From the human T2T-CHM13v2.0 reference genome, Homo sapiens: a stretch of DNA of 64,000 nt. This document shows, piece after piece, positions 1-17,694 of this stretch. The position numbers and the translations under genes are program-made. The DNA is taken from the NCBI RefSeq assembly GCF_009914755.1, contig NC_060929.1. One strand, given 5' to 3'. The notes beneath the pieces are model-generated. The model saw only the letters and a program-made list of their open reading frames with translations, had not been told where the DNA came from and ran no database searches. The first letter of the stretch is position 1. Each line of letters opens with the position of its first letter.

Positions 1-2056
1 TAGAAGATCAGTCAGCAGAGACTGCCCCTACCCCAAGACAATCAGTGGTCAGCAAATCAGCAGCAGCACCTGGTGCCCTACATAGACCTTCCGGTTCCAA
101 TGACAGCTGCTTCACTTCTGCCTTCCTCCTTCCAAATCTCCCACTAATTTATCTTGTGGCTGACCCTTACCCAGAACCACAGAGAAGGGGAAATTATAAA
201 AAAGCTTAGCTAAGTTGATGCAATAAAATAGCTATAATATTATTAAATAAATATTCAAACCCTACCAACAAAAATGTGTATCTTTCTCTCTGCCTTCAAG
301 AAAGTAACTTAGAATGGATAATAAATTCTGCTCCAATAACATCATTTTTTGCCACTTTTGTCTTTCTACCATTCTTTATAGAATATTAACAGATTTAAAC
401 TGTGGGAGTCATGAACTCCAGCCAATGTATTTTTTCAATGGGAAGCAGGGGCCCAGATAGGTTATGTGAGTTACCAGAGAGCAGACTTATTAATGTATTA
501 GAGTTAAGCTAAAACTTCTGGTCTCCTTTTTCCTAGATGTCTTTCCTCCCTGCCAATCTACTTTATTACTTCCGTCAAACCTGGGTTCAGTTCTGTTTAA
601 GTAAGTCTTCCCTAATTAATTCTGGTCCCTGACCACTTTTTTGTCCAATATTGCTTTAAATATTTAGACCTTATGGTTATGTTATAAATTCTACACAAAC
701 AGATGTTAAACAAATCAGTTTTACTAAATAGCTCTGCTTTTTAAAAGCATAAATGCTGTTTCTCCCAAAGAGCAAATCTTTTTTACCTCAAGTAATTTGT
801 AATAATAGTTCCATTTTATTTGGCAAAAGGGCATGCTGACAGAATTCTATACAATAAGTGGAAAAACAGAAATTTGTTAATGAAAATTTTTCCAGGTTTA
901 GAATGTAAATAATAATGCATTTTCGCCTATGAATTAGGGTGACTGATAACCCTGTTGATACCAGGAATTTGTTACATTTCACTGCCGTATTCATGGATCG
1001 CATGTTAGCTTGTGTCTGCAGGTGTTTCTATTGGAATAAATAATAGTTTGCACTTTAACTGAAACATTATTTCATGATAAACTAAAGGAATTCAAAGCAC
1101 TAATCACATCAACAAATTATGCAGAAATAACAGCCTCCATGTGAAATATAAGGGTCATTCAAAATATGAGATAATTTCATGAAAATAAACAGTTTTTCTA
1201 TTTATTTGCTACAGTGGAAGATGGCAGATGGGTTAACTAAATCCAGATTGTCTTTTGCTACAGGTATAATAGACATGAATTGAGCTGAGGATGCTAAAGA
1301 GTATTTAATGTGTTACACAGGAAGTACCATGATGTCGCTTGATGCATTCTGTCTACCAAAGACAGAATCTAACTGCAAATAGTGAGAAATAATGCATTAG
1401 GCAAAGAAAACACGGTATTTATGCTCCTGTGAGGATCAAGTTTAAGAAAAGATTAAAATGCTATCATCTAGATAAGCAAGTAGAACAAGATGCAGTATTT
1501 TGCAGAATATGTTGAAGGAACGCAAAATATCTGCAAGACTATTTACAAAAAGTACTTTGAGTGTGTGCTGAAAGAAAGACAAAAAGCTATCTGCAAATAA
1601 TGGTGAGAACTTTAAAATGAGCCAGATGCATTCTGCCACAGAACTGCCTCAGACAGGAAACCTCCATGGCTCACCCAGAAGAAGGTCAATAGAACTGTAC
1701 AGGACACCAGATTCAATTAGGGAGAATTACCAGATTCTTGCTGCAAGTTTATCTTGTGATCTTTAATATTTAAATATATAAATATGTAAGTTAATGAATT
1801 GAAAAAATTCCCTGCCAGAGCTTGACAAACTAGCACCGATAAGACAGGGATATAAATATATGATATCATCTATTCTCCCACCTCCTCTGTGCAGTAAGTT
1901 TTAGAATAATGACATGCATGTCCTGTGTACAATAAGATAGAGAAAACTTTATTTTCTTAACCAATAACCAGGCTCTCCAATTTTAAGTCCTAAAGTTTAC
2001 CTCTGAAAGAAGGAGGTCACAGCTAGATTTGTTTTTTTAACTCCTAGATTAAAATG

Positions 2057-2252
2057 TGTATTAATTTCTTAAAGCTGCCCTAACAAAACCCCACACACTG
2101 GGTGGCTTATAACAACAGCAATGTATTCTTTTACAATTCTGGAGGCTAGACATTTGATCAAGTTTTGGCAGTGTCTTCCTGTCTCTGAAGCCTCTAGGGG
2201 AGGGTCCTTTCTTCTCTCTTCTTTCTCCTGGTAGTTGCTGGCAATTCTTGGG
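2057..2252 (-). mobile_element. MLT1-family MaLR LTR, partial
   Basis: Begins TGTATTAATTTCTTAAAGCTGCCCTAACAAAACCCCACACACTGGGTGGCTTATAACAACAG, the reverse complement of a typical MLT1 3' end. Confidence 0.75.
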
Positions 2253-3149
2253 TTGCCTCCTAGTAGTCCTGAGCCTGATTGGCTGATCGTTCCAGATCGG
2301 TTCCTTCTAGTTCTGAGTTGAGATCACCAGTGCATTTTTTATGCACAACTTTGGTTTTACCTCTGCCCTGTGTTTTATCTTGAGGTTAATTGCTTTTGAG
2401 AATAAAACCATAAGCCATCAAGACAGAGCACAGCTGGGTTAGAATGAATTCCTTCCAGCAGTAATTTACCTACCTGATGCTTGACAGGGATATTTGCCCA
2501 ATTGAAACATTTCTGTTATTCCCCACTCTCTTTCTTCTCTGCTTTCTGATTTGCATTGTAACCCTAGAAGCATCACAATTGGCCCTCCTTTCCAAGTCAC
2601 AAACTGAAAAATCTTTCAATGAGAGTCTTGAATTTCAGAGACATCAACAGTTTGCACTTGGTTCTCAGAGCTGATGAATAACGGAACCTTTGGAAGTAGA
2701 GTCCATCAGTTTCTCTCAGCTGCTAGCCTGAAATTCTAGGGTTACTGAGAGAAGAACAGTGGTTCAAATATTGTGCATAAGTATGTCTCAGCATGCTCCA
2801 TTCTGGTACCACAGTTCCAAATTTCTAATTCTGTGAATTGATCTGGAGATTTTAAGGAAAATCTGCTTCCCATCCTGCCCATCCTATATCCCCTGTTTCT
2901 TTCTACTCCCACCTGGAAAACTTTCTTCCTCCAGTAACACCAGCGACATTTGGTTTCTGCCTACTGACTGCCAAGCACAAGTGTGCCTTGTGCTTTGTGT
3001 AGAGGTAGGTATTATTTCTATTTTACATGAGGAAACTGCAGTTATTAACTCAATCTGGCTGTCTCCAAAACCCCATGCTTCTACTTCATCATGCTGTATG
3101 AGTCTCCTGTTTATTTTGTTTGTTTGTTTGTTTACTTGATCCCTTAAAA

Positions 3150-4070
<921 letters not shown>

Positions 4071-4994
4071 TTTTGTTTTAGCACAAGAGTAACCTCCACT
4101 GCAAATTCATATTTTATAGTCATGGAAAAAAGTGTATATGTATGTGTGTGAATTTGCATGCTTTTCAAAAGACAAAAAAAGTTATAATGTTGGAAGATGA
4201 AGGAGACAGATAGCTGCTTAAACCCAGAGAAAGCAGTATGTGTGATGTAGAGCTTTAATTTCTAGACACCTCTGTCTCATTGAACATCCAGAGGTTGAGG
4301 CTGAGTCCTTGTCTGTGAAATCAGGAAAATAACATCTGACCCTTAACTACTAAAAGGTGAGTAGGAAGATTAATGAGTTCATATCATTAGCACATTTGAA
4401 ACTCCTGGGGAAAAGGTGCTTTGGAAATGTAATATGTCTTATATTTGTTCCATAGGTTACATAATGCAATTTCAAAGTACACAGTGCCTATTTTGTAAGA
4501 GACTCCAAAAATTTTACTTTGTGCATAAAATGAATCTCATTTTAAAAAATCCATTGTACCTGTTATATAAGATGCATATCATAACTAGATGCTTTTCAGC
4601 TTTATTCTCACAGCAAGGGATGCTAACAATCTCAATTTAATACATTCCTAATTCCAGGGATGTTCTTTAGGAGAGATTGCATTCTGGAGTCCTTGAGAGG
4701 AAAAAAGAATTTTGACTAATGGTTAAAAAGATCAAAGATATTTAAATGGTGGGTTTTCTATGGGGATGTGGAGCTCTCCAGTTTGCAATAAAAATTCTGC
4801 TCAAGCAAGGATGGTCAACCAGTATATTTTTAATTATGTTGGGAAATGTGTGTCATTTGAACACTTCTGAACAAGAAAGCTGAGATGTTACTAGTTTCTA
4901 GTTAAAGTCATTGCAATCGGTTTCTATGAAAAGCATAAACCCTTATTCATTGGGGGCAATCATGAAATACATCACTTCAAATAAATGGCCTGGG

Positions 4995-5043
4995 CTGAGA
5001 TGGTCACAAGAAGATTGGTCTGAGATGGTCACAAGAAGATTGG
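4995..5043. repeat. Tandem duplication, 24-bp identical unit, period 25
   Basis: CTGAGATGGTCACAAGAAGATTGG at 4995-5018 and 5020-5043. Confidence 0.95.
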
Positions 5044-5589
5044 CCTTAAAGCAGATAATTTAGGCTAGTCTCCACAATGCCAAAACAGCTGGTCAGGCTT
5101 TCCAGTGGGTTCAGTGAAGCTGACTTTCAGGCCAGTTGTTTGGTTTCCTAGACACCTGCTTAAGTCATGCTTACAATTTACCATTTAATGAGTGTTCTGG
5201 GGGAAAAAATATCAAATAGGTAAAACCACAGATGCAATGTGATTGCAGATGATGCCTCTTAAGCTCCATTTTTTTAATCTGTCTCAATGTATTTATGAAT
5301 ATTCTGATAGAGCAAAGAAAATGTACATTTACATCTGTAGATGTGAGCATAGATTGTAGCTAGGCAATTATCTTATCAAACTCCATCTAGTTGATGGTTA
5401 TAAAAGAAAGGAATCATCTCTAGCAAGACGAAAATGGAGGTGATTTTTCTCCAATTTATAAAATGCTATAGCCAGGATCAAGAAGAGGGTGGATTTTGAA
5501 GGCAGATAGATTTGAACGAGCACCTAAGGTCACTGGCTATGAAAGTTGAAAATGCAATTTAATTTTTATGAAAGCCTCTATTTCCTCAC

Positions 5590-6020
5590 TGATTTCTTTT
5601 TTTGTTCCTCTGACATGCTTTAGGATCAAAGGTCTCTAAATTCTGTATTCCCTATGCTTGGATTCCTCTTTCTGTAATTATCCACATAGTTAATTCCTTC
5701 ATCTTATTGAAGTCTTTGCCCAAATGTCATCTTCTCGATGAAGCCTATCATGTCCACCTTATTTAAATTTTAACCCAACCCCTACCTTGAACTACTACTT
5801 TCCTATTCTTTTCACTTTGTGCACATTATGTATTGCCTTCAAGATTTTTATCATATATTTATTTTATTTTCATATTTATTGTCTATTTTCTCCCCCTAGA
5901 ATATAAAATCTATGATGGTAGGAAATTATAGTATGTTCATTCACTGATATATTCCAGTACCTAGAACTGTGCCTGGAAAAGAGTGCATGTTCAAAAAAAA
6001 TATGGTGAGTGAATAAATAA
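5590..6020 (+). mobile_element. L2 3' end
   Basis: CAAATGTCATCTTCTC...CCCCTAGAATATAAAATCTATGATGG...CCAGTACCTAGAACTGTGCCTGG...GAGTGAATAAATAA follows the L2 3' layout. Confidence 0.75.
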
Positions 6021-6136
6021 AAGAAGCTGCTAGAGTCCCTTGCATATAATAAGCTCTCAAACATATTACTTCCCTTTCCTCCCCTTTAAGCAGCTAAATC
6101 TAAATACAGATTATTGCTCAAGCTTTCACCCTATTA

Positions 6137-6607
<471 letters not shown>

Positions 6608-6650
6608 AAAAACCAAAAAAAGAAAAGAAAAGAAAAGAAAAGAAAAGAAA

Positions 6651-6688
<38 letters not shown>

Positions 6689-6863
6689 AAGAAAGAAGAA
6701 AGAAAGAGAAAGAAAGAAGGGAGGGAGAGAGAGAGAAAGAAGAAGAAAGAAAGAAAAAGAAAGAAAGAAAGGAAGGGAAGGGAAGGGAAAGGAAAGGAAA
6801 GGAAAGCAAAGGAAAGGAAAGGAAAGGAGGAAGGGAGAGAAAGAAAGAAAGAAAAGAAAGAAA

Positions 6864-6915
<52 letters not shown>

Positions 6916-6918
6916 AAA
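6608..6918 (+). repeat. About 310-bp compound polypurine STR derived from the Alu tail
   Basis: (AAAAG)8, (GAAA)n, (GA)n, (AAGGG)3, (AAAGG)n and (GAAA)n blocks; almost no pyrimidines. Confidence 0.95.
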
Positions 6919-7193
6919 TTCCATCAACCCCCTCAAGTATTTATTCAATGTCTAACAAACCTCCAGTGTAGATCCACCATTTATTCCATAAGTTCAATGT
7001 ATTTTCCATACTGTTTTCATTGATTGTGTTTTTGTCTGGCTGACTTCCAATGATACAGAGGCGCCTTTGTGTTATCTATTCCTACTATAGAAAGGAAAAT
7101 TTCAGTCCAACTTGCCTGTTGACCTATGTAAGGTAGATCCTTCTTTAAGCCCAGAGACTGACATTTTCCAAACCTTCCTTTAGAATTGGTATT

Positions 7194-7592
7194 TGTTGCA
7201 TGTTGAGCTCTCCAGGAAGCAGATGCCAATCAAGATGGAGTTAAGGTGGCAAAAGGTTTACTAGGTAGTAACCCTGAGAAAGGGCATGAAGCTGGACTAG
7301 GTAGAGATCTGTCAGGCTGAGATGTACCTAAGAAATTCTTTGCCATAGGGAGCCATGGAGTAAAGATTGCCTATTGGAATCTTTCTTTGAGCAGAAATAG
7401 ACAAGCCCTTATACCCCTGCCTTGCTCAATCATTGGCTGGGGGATGCCCCAGGGATAGCAGCACCTCAGCTCCAAACCTGAGGAGGATTCTGAAGCACTA
7501 ACAGTTGGAGGCTGTTAGCTAACCATCCTTTAGCTGAGCAGCTATCTGGTCTCTAAGGGGCATCTGAGCAGTGCCTCCCCATGTCAGCCACT
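7194..7592 (-). mobile_element. ERVL solo LTR, LTR33-like
   Basis: TGTTGCATGTTGAGCTCTCCAGGAAGCAGATG...CCTTATACCCCTGCCTTGCTCAATCATTGGCTG...ACAGTTGGAGGCTG...GCATCTGAGCAGTGC, collinear with antisense LTR33. Confidence 0.7.
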
Positions 7593-7596
7593 GTAT

Positions 7597-8065
7597 TGTA
7601 GCATATGCTGTCAGGACTCCACCATGTCTCCTCTGTACTCACTCTCTCCATGTGTGTCAATGGCTTTCTTGTGCAGGCACCTGTGACACATCACTGCATG
7701 ATATCTCTGACATGCTTGGCCAGTATGCATGGCAGGCCAGAGGGTGAGGGAGTTGCTGTTCCAACAGTAGCCTTCAGCCAATGACTGTGAAGGGAACTGG
7801 AGAAAAAATGACCAACTTCCTCCCTCCTCTGATGGGACAGTTCATGTTCTATACAGTCTCTCAGAAGTCCCCAGATAGATTGAGCCCCAGTTATCTGCAG
7901 TGTTAATTTCCTCATGAATGCAACTCTATACTGACTTCTTGATCTTGCCTGTCTCATTTCTCTACTTCCCTATCAGCACTTCTTGGGAATTACCTCCCAA
8001 ATGAACCACTAAGACTCGAGTTCTTGTCTCAGAGTCTGCTTTCTTGGGGAACCCAGCCTAAGATA
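7597..8065 (+). mobile_element. ERVL solo LTR, LTR16C-like
   Basis: GATTGAGCCCCAGTT...TACCTCCCAAATGAACC...CTTGTCTCAGAGTCTGCTTTCTTGGGGAACCCAGCCTAAGATA matches the LTR16 body and 3' end. Confidence 0.8.
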
Positions 8066-8876
8066 ACTAGCTAGCTCTGTATGTGGTTTATAGAAAGAAC
8101 TCTGCCCACTAACTAAAGGTAAGATGGAGTGAGCAAATCTGGAGAACATCAGGTAACTGGTTCTAATAATCCCAGGGAGGTCAAATATCTTGACAAAGTT
8201 TACTCCTGAACTAATGGAAGAGTTAGAAGTGAAACCCAAGGGTCCATTTATTGCATTTTGAGTTGGATGAATTCTAATCATATAAAAGGAGGCGGATGAG
8301 CATCTAAAATAGACATGGGATATCATTCTTCACATACAGGTCCTGTGTGTTTCTTCTAGCTAAATAGGACACATTACTTTTTACTGAGGTACTCTAATAA
8401 CATAACTTCACATTCTCATGCCTTTGAATTTTAAAATTACTTACATTTATTTTATTCCATTTTTCACAGTGACCTAATTATACAGCTAGGGATTTGAGGC
8501 TCCACTTTACCATAAGTAAACTGAGGTTTAGAGAATTTAAGTGCCTTCATTTGACCGTTGTTAAATTTTTAGCAACTAGAAGAGATAGGGGGCATACCCA
8601 GATTTTCTGGTTCTAAATACAACCATCTTGCCACTTTATCTTGTTAGTTTTTCTTAAATCCACACATGAACACAAGCAAGTATTTTTCTCCCCCAGTTTT
8701 TCTATTAGCACTATCAAAATGTTGTTCCATATGTGTACATTTAATGCCGTATTTGCATTCTAGTGATCTCTAGATGGGATTAACACATTAATAAATACAA
8801 AGAAGACAACTTCTAAGTAATATAGATAACTAAATTTAGTTATTAGCATTGTTATTTTCCATCAAAACTTTCTGCA

Positions 8877-9191
8877 AGCTGGGTGCAGTGGCACCTGTGA
8901 TCCCAGCATTTTGGGAGGCCAAGGTGGGTGGATCACTTGAGGTCAGAAGTTTGAGATCAGCCCGGCCATTATGGTGAAACCCCGTATTTACTAAAATTAC
9001 AAAAATTAGCTTGAAGTGGTGGTGCGCTCCTATAGTCTGAGGTACTTGGGAAGCTGAGGCACAAGAATCACTTGAACATGGGAGGCAGAGGTTGCAGTGG
9101 GACAAGATCATGCCACTTGCACTCCAGCCTGGACAACAGAGTGAGACTAACTAAAAACAACAACAACAATAACAACAACAACAACAACAAA
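8877..9191 (+). mobile_element. AluS (Sz-like) with (CAA)n tail
   Basis: Dimeric Alu, GATCACTTGAGGTCAG; tail degenerated to AACAAC repeats. Confidence 0.9.
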
Positions 9192-10371
9192 CTTTACTTT
9201 GCTATTTGATTATCTTTACTTTCTTACTAAGCTAGAGTTCAAGAAAAAGAGAAATGAAATTAATCTGATAAAAGAAGTGAACAAAAAAAGTCCCTTGAAT
9301 CATCTACACACTGGAAAAGAAATCCTTCAAGAGTCCTCCTACTTCAGACCTGGAGAAAAGCCATAATTATTCAGTGTGTACAACTATAAACCCTGATATG
9401 AATTTTGAAGTGTTCTCTACAAGCAATCTTTTCACATCTCCCACTCCAATTATTTAATCATATAATTCAGTGCCAGCCATGTATGAGAATTTGGAGGGTA
9501 AAAATAAAGAACATTAAATTATATTTTGAAAGAGAAAATATTTAATTTCAAGTTGTAGCAGTGGAAATTAAGGCTGGGTGTTTTATTCAGAACAAACTGA
9601 AACATGAGCAGAAATGAGTGGTGCAAATATGAATATATAATGAGGAACACTAATGAAAGAAGTCAATCACTTGCGTCCTAACTAGTGAGATGATTGTATC
9701 TGACTGTGGAAGTTGTCCATGAGGATCCTCATGGTTCAGCCTTGAGCCTCAGCTGTGTGGTTTGTGCCTGGGCCTGGGGATTGAGACCACAGCTGGGAAA
9801 AGGTCTCCTTTGATTACCTCCCTGCTCTTGGAGTTGACAACCAAAGAATTCAAAGTCTAAAATTCTTTCAGAGAAGTAGAGACTTTCCCTCAAGGAGAAA
9901 TAAAAAAACCTTCAGGAACAAGAATGCTTCATTCCCCTTTAGGAAAGCCAGGTCTAAATGAGCTGATCCCAATCATTAAGACCAGCAGTCATGCTGAGGG
10001 AAATGATCTAAAAAGCATGTCTGAGCCAATCAAGTTGAAAACAACCAGTGTTCCTTCAGAGTATTCCTGTCTCCTGGCTGGCCCTGCTGCAGCTGCCTGA
10101 GTCTACATCCCTGCCTAAATTCCACATTCCTGATTTAAGATCAGCAATATCCCTATCACCCTGCCTCCATCTTTCAGAAATCCCAACTAGAGCAGACCCA
10201 AGGACAACTCTAGCCCCTCTTACCTGGTATCTACCTACCATTACCTTACCTAGGACAGCCTAGGATGTCCTTCCATGCTCCTGTGGGGATTTCAGGACAA
10301 CTCATAACAGGAAACCATGCTGGAAAACCCAAACAAAGGATCAGTCACCTCACTAGAATAAAAAAGGTTCA

Positions 10372-11399
10372 GGAGGTTGGAGCCAAGATGGCCGAATAGG
10401 AACAGCTCCAGTCTACAGCTCCCAGCATGAGCAACTCAGAAGACGGGTGATTTCTGCATTTCCAACTGAGGTACCAGGTTCATCTCACTGGGGAGTGCTG
10501 GACAGTGGGTGCAGGACAGTGGATGCAGCGCACAGTGCGTGAGCCGAAGAAGGGTGAGGCATTGCCTCACCTGGGAAGTGCAAGGGGTCAGGGAACTCCC
10601 TTTCCTGGTCAAAGAAAGGGGTGACAGACAGCACCTGGAAAATCGGGTCACTCCCACCCTAATACTGTGCTTTTCCAACGGGCTTAACAAACGGCACACA
10701 AGGAGATTATATCCCGCACCTGGCTGGGAGGGTCCCATGCCCACGGAGCCTCGCTCATTGCTGGCACAGCAGTTTGAGATCAAACTGCAAGGTGGCAGTG
10801 AGGCTGGGGGAGGGGCGCCCGCCATTGCCAAGGCTTGAGTAGGTAAACAAAGCGGCCTGGAAGCTCCAACTGGGTGGAGCCCACGGCAGCTCAAGGAGAC
10901 CTGTCTGCCTCTGTAGGCTCCACCAATGGGGGCAGGGCACAGACAAACAAAGGCAGCAGTAACATCTGCAGACTTAAACGTCCCTGTCTGACACCTTTGA
11001 AGAGAGTAGTGGTTCTCCCAGCACGCAGCTTGAGATCTGAGAACGGGCAGACAGCCTCCTCAAGTGGGTCCATGACCCCCGAGTAGCCTACTTGGGAGGC
11101 ACCCCCCAGTAGGGGTGGTCTGACACCTCACACATCTGGGTACTCCTCTGAGACAAAACTTGCAGAGGAACGATCAGGCAGCAGCATTTGCGGTTCACCA
11201 ATATCCACTGTTCTGCAGCCACCACTGCTGATACCCAGGCAAACAGGGTCTGGAGTGGACCTCCAGCAAACTTTAACAGACCTGCAGCTGAGGGTCCTGA
11301 ATGTTAGAAGGAAAACTAACAAACAGAAAGGACATCCACACCAAAAACCCATCTGTACGTCACCATCATCAAAGACCAAAGGTAGATAAAACCACAAAG
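10372..11399 (+). promoter_or_regulatory. L1 5'UTR with internal sense promoter and antisense promoter
   Basis: YY1 site CAAGATGGCCG at 10384-10394; SOX-type AAACAAA sites near 10845 and 10944; the about 129-bp ZNF93-associated segment is present at about 11147-11274; many CpGs decayed. Confidence 0.85.
10436..10825 (-). CDS. L1 ORF0, open, 129 aa (longer than the 71-aa L1HS form); expression unknown
   Basis: MAGAPPPASLPPCSLISNCCASNERGSVG...IRVGVTRFSR is the ORF0 peptide; Kozak context GCA-ATG-G; both internal donors CAG|GTGC retained (GT at 10719-10718 and 10634-10633). Confidence 0.7.
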   Translation of the reverse strand: MAGAPPPASLPPCSLISNCCASNERGSVGMGPSQPGAGYNLLVCRLLSPLEKHSIRVGVTRFSRCCLSPLSLTRKGSSLTPCTSQVRQCLTLLRLTHCALHPLSCTHCPALPSEMNLVPQLEMQKSPVF

Positions 11400-12401
11400 A
11401 TGGGGAAAAAACAGAGTAGAAAAACTGGAAACTCTAAAAATCAGAGCACCTCTCCTCCTCCAAAGGAATGCAGCTCCTCACCAGCAATGGAAGAAATCTA
11501 GATGGAGAATGACTTTGACGAGTTGAGAGAAGAAGGCTTCAGAAGATCAAACTACTCCGAGCTAAAGGAGGAAGTATGAACCAATGGCAAAGAAGTTAAA
11601 AACCTTTAAAAAAAGTTAGACAAATGGATAACTAGAAGAACCAATGCAGAGAAGTCCTTAAAGGAGCTGATGGAGCTGAAAACCATGGCACAAGAACTAT
11701 GTGACAAATGCATAAGCCTTAGTCGCCGATGAGATCAACTGTAAGAAAGGTTATCAATGATGGAAGATGAAATGAAGTGAGAAGAGAAGTTGAGAGAAAA
11801 AAGAATAAAAAGAAATGAACAAAGCCTCCAAGAAATATGGGACTATGTGAAAAGACCAAATCTACATCTGATTGGTGTACCTGAAAGTGACAGGGAGAAT
11901 GGAACCAAGTTGCAAAACACTCTGTGGGATATTATCCAGGAGAACTTCCCCAATCTAGCAAGGCAGGCCAACATTCAAATTCAGGAAATACAGAGAACGC
12001 CACAAAGATACTCCTTGAGAAGAGCAACTCCAGGACACATAATTGTCAGATTCACCAATGTTGAAATGAAGAAAAAAATGTTAAGGGCAGCCAGAGAGAA
12101 AGGTCAGGTTACCCACAAAGGGAAGCCCATCAGACTAACAGCTGATCTCTCGGCAGAAACTCTACAAGCCAGAAGAGAGTGGGGGCCAATATTTAACATT
12201 CTTAAAGAAAATAATTTTCAACCCTGAATTTCATATCCAGCCAAACTAAGCTTCATAAGTGAAGGAGAAATAAAATACATTACAGACAAGCAAATGCTGA
12301 GAGATTTTGTCACCACCAGGCCTGCCCTAAAAGAGCTCCTGAAGGAAGCACTAAACATGGAAAGGAACAACCAGCCACTGCAAAAACGTGCCAAATTGTA
12401 A
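11400..12401 (+). pseudogene. L1 ORF1p, disrupted
   Basis: MGKKQSRKTGNSKNQS start; stop at 11499-11501 and further stops and indels; later fragment EIWDYVKRPNL...ENFPNLARQ...REKG. Confidence 0.95.
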
Positions 12402-12464
12402 ACACCATCAAGGCTAGGAAGAAACTGCATCAACTAATGAGCAAAATAACCAGCTAACATCATA

Positions 12465-16279
<3,815 letters not shown>

Positions 16280-16699
16280 ACAATGAGAACACATGGACAC
16301 AGGAAGGGGAACATCACACACCGGGGACTGTTGTGGGGTGGCGGGAGCGGGGAGGGATAACATTAGGAGATATATCTAATGCTAAATGACAAGGTAATGG
16401 GTGCAGCACACCAACATGGCACATGTATACATATGTAACAAACATGCACATCATGCACATGTACCCTAAAACTTAAAGTATAATAATAATAAAATTTTTT
16501 TAAAAAGGTTCATATTCTCTTCATCTCAAATGTACCATTCAATTATGAAGCCATAGACACTGCTCCTTGAGTTGGTCCAGCCAGAGAAAGATGGGAAAAT
16601 TTTCCAGTGTAAGAAACACCAGGGCAAATCCTTCTCTGTGAGCAAGCCCCTCTTTGGCAAGCAACAGTTTGTGGAGGATAGACTTCTGCATGCAAAAGT

Positions 16700-17338
16700 T
16701 TTTACACTGTTGGTGGGACTGTAAACTAGTTCAACCATTGTGGAAGACAGTGTGGCGATTCCTCAGGGATCTAGAACTAGAAATACCATTTGACCCAGCC
16801 ATCCCAATACTGGGTATATACCCAAAGGATTATAAATCATGCTGCTATAAAGACACATGCACATTTATGTTTATTGTGGCACTATTCCCAATAGCAAAGA
16901 CTTGGAACCAACCCAAATATCCATCAATGATATACTGGATTAAGAAAATGTGGCACATATACACCATGGAATACTATACAGCCATAAAAAAGGATGAGTT
17001 CATGTCCTTTGTAAGGACATGGATGAAGCTGGAAACCATCATTCTCAGCAAACTATCCCAAGAACAAAAAACCAAACACCACATGTTCTCACTTATAGGT
17101 GGGAATTGAACAATGAGAACACATGGACACAGGAAGGGGAACATCACACACCGGGGACTGTTGTGGGGTGGGGGTAGGGGGGAGGGATAACATTAGGAGA
17201 TATACCTAATGCTAAATGATGAGTTAATGAGTGCAGCACACCAACATGGCATATGTATACATATGTAACAAACCTGCACGTTGTGCACAGGTACCCTAGA
17301 ACTTAAAGTATAATTTAAAAATAATAATAATAGTAATA
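16700..17338 (+). mobile_element. 5'-truncated L1 3' end (L1PA5/L1PA4-like), separate insertion
   Basis: Last about 400 nt of ORF2 (LHCWWDC...SLIGGN) plus 3'UTR and A-rich tail; probable TSD AAAAGTT at 16694-16700 and 17339-17345. Confidence 0.92.
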
Positions 17339-17694
17339 AAAAGTTAGTGCATCTGCCAAAGTCAGAATTTCTGATCAAAGCTGTCTCTAGCCACTTAACA
17401 GTAAAAATTATTTCCAAAACTTGACCATAGCTTTCAGAAAAAAAAAAAACAGAACTTATTTGTACAAGGATCCAAATATCAACCTGGAAATATTGGTTAT
17501 TTTAATTGCATCACCATAGATAGTTCACTGCATCATAGGTATAGGTTATCTTTTGGCATAGTTTTACTTTTAAACGATAATGCCTTATATTTGTATAGAA
17601 CCTGAAATTTCTCTAAGTGGTCTCACATGCATTATGTCTATTTTATTAGGTAGCATGCCAAGGACAATTATTGCCATTTTAAAGAATAAGACAG

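Noticed and set aside
1-235. Possible ancient LTR remnant at the window start
   Set aside because: Resembles old LTR ends but is too degenerate and truncated to assign a family.
16513-16693. Unique spacer between the two L1 3' ends as a 3' transduction or tandem duplication
   Set aside because: The first L1's TSD closes at 16512 and the second has its own probable TSD and different diagnostics, so they are separate insertions.
16654-17109. 151-aa ORF as a novel fusion protein
   Set aside because: It is the L1 ORF2 C-terminus with a chance in-frame non-ATG start in the flank.
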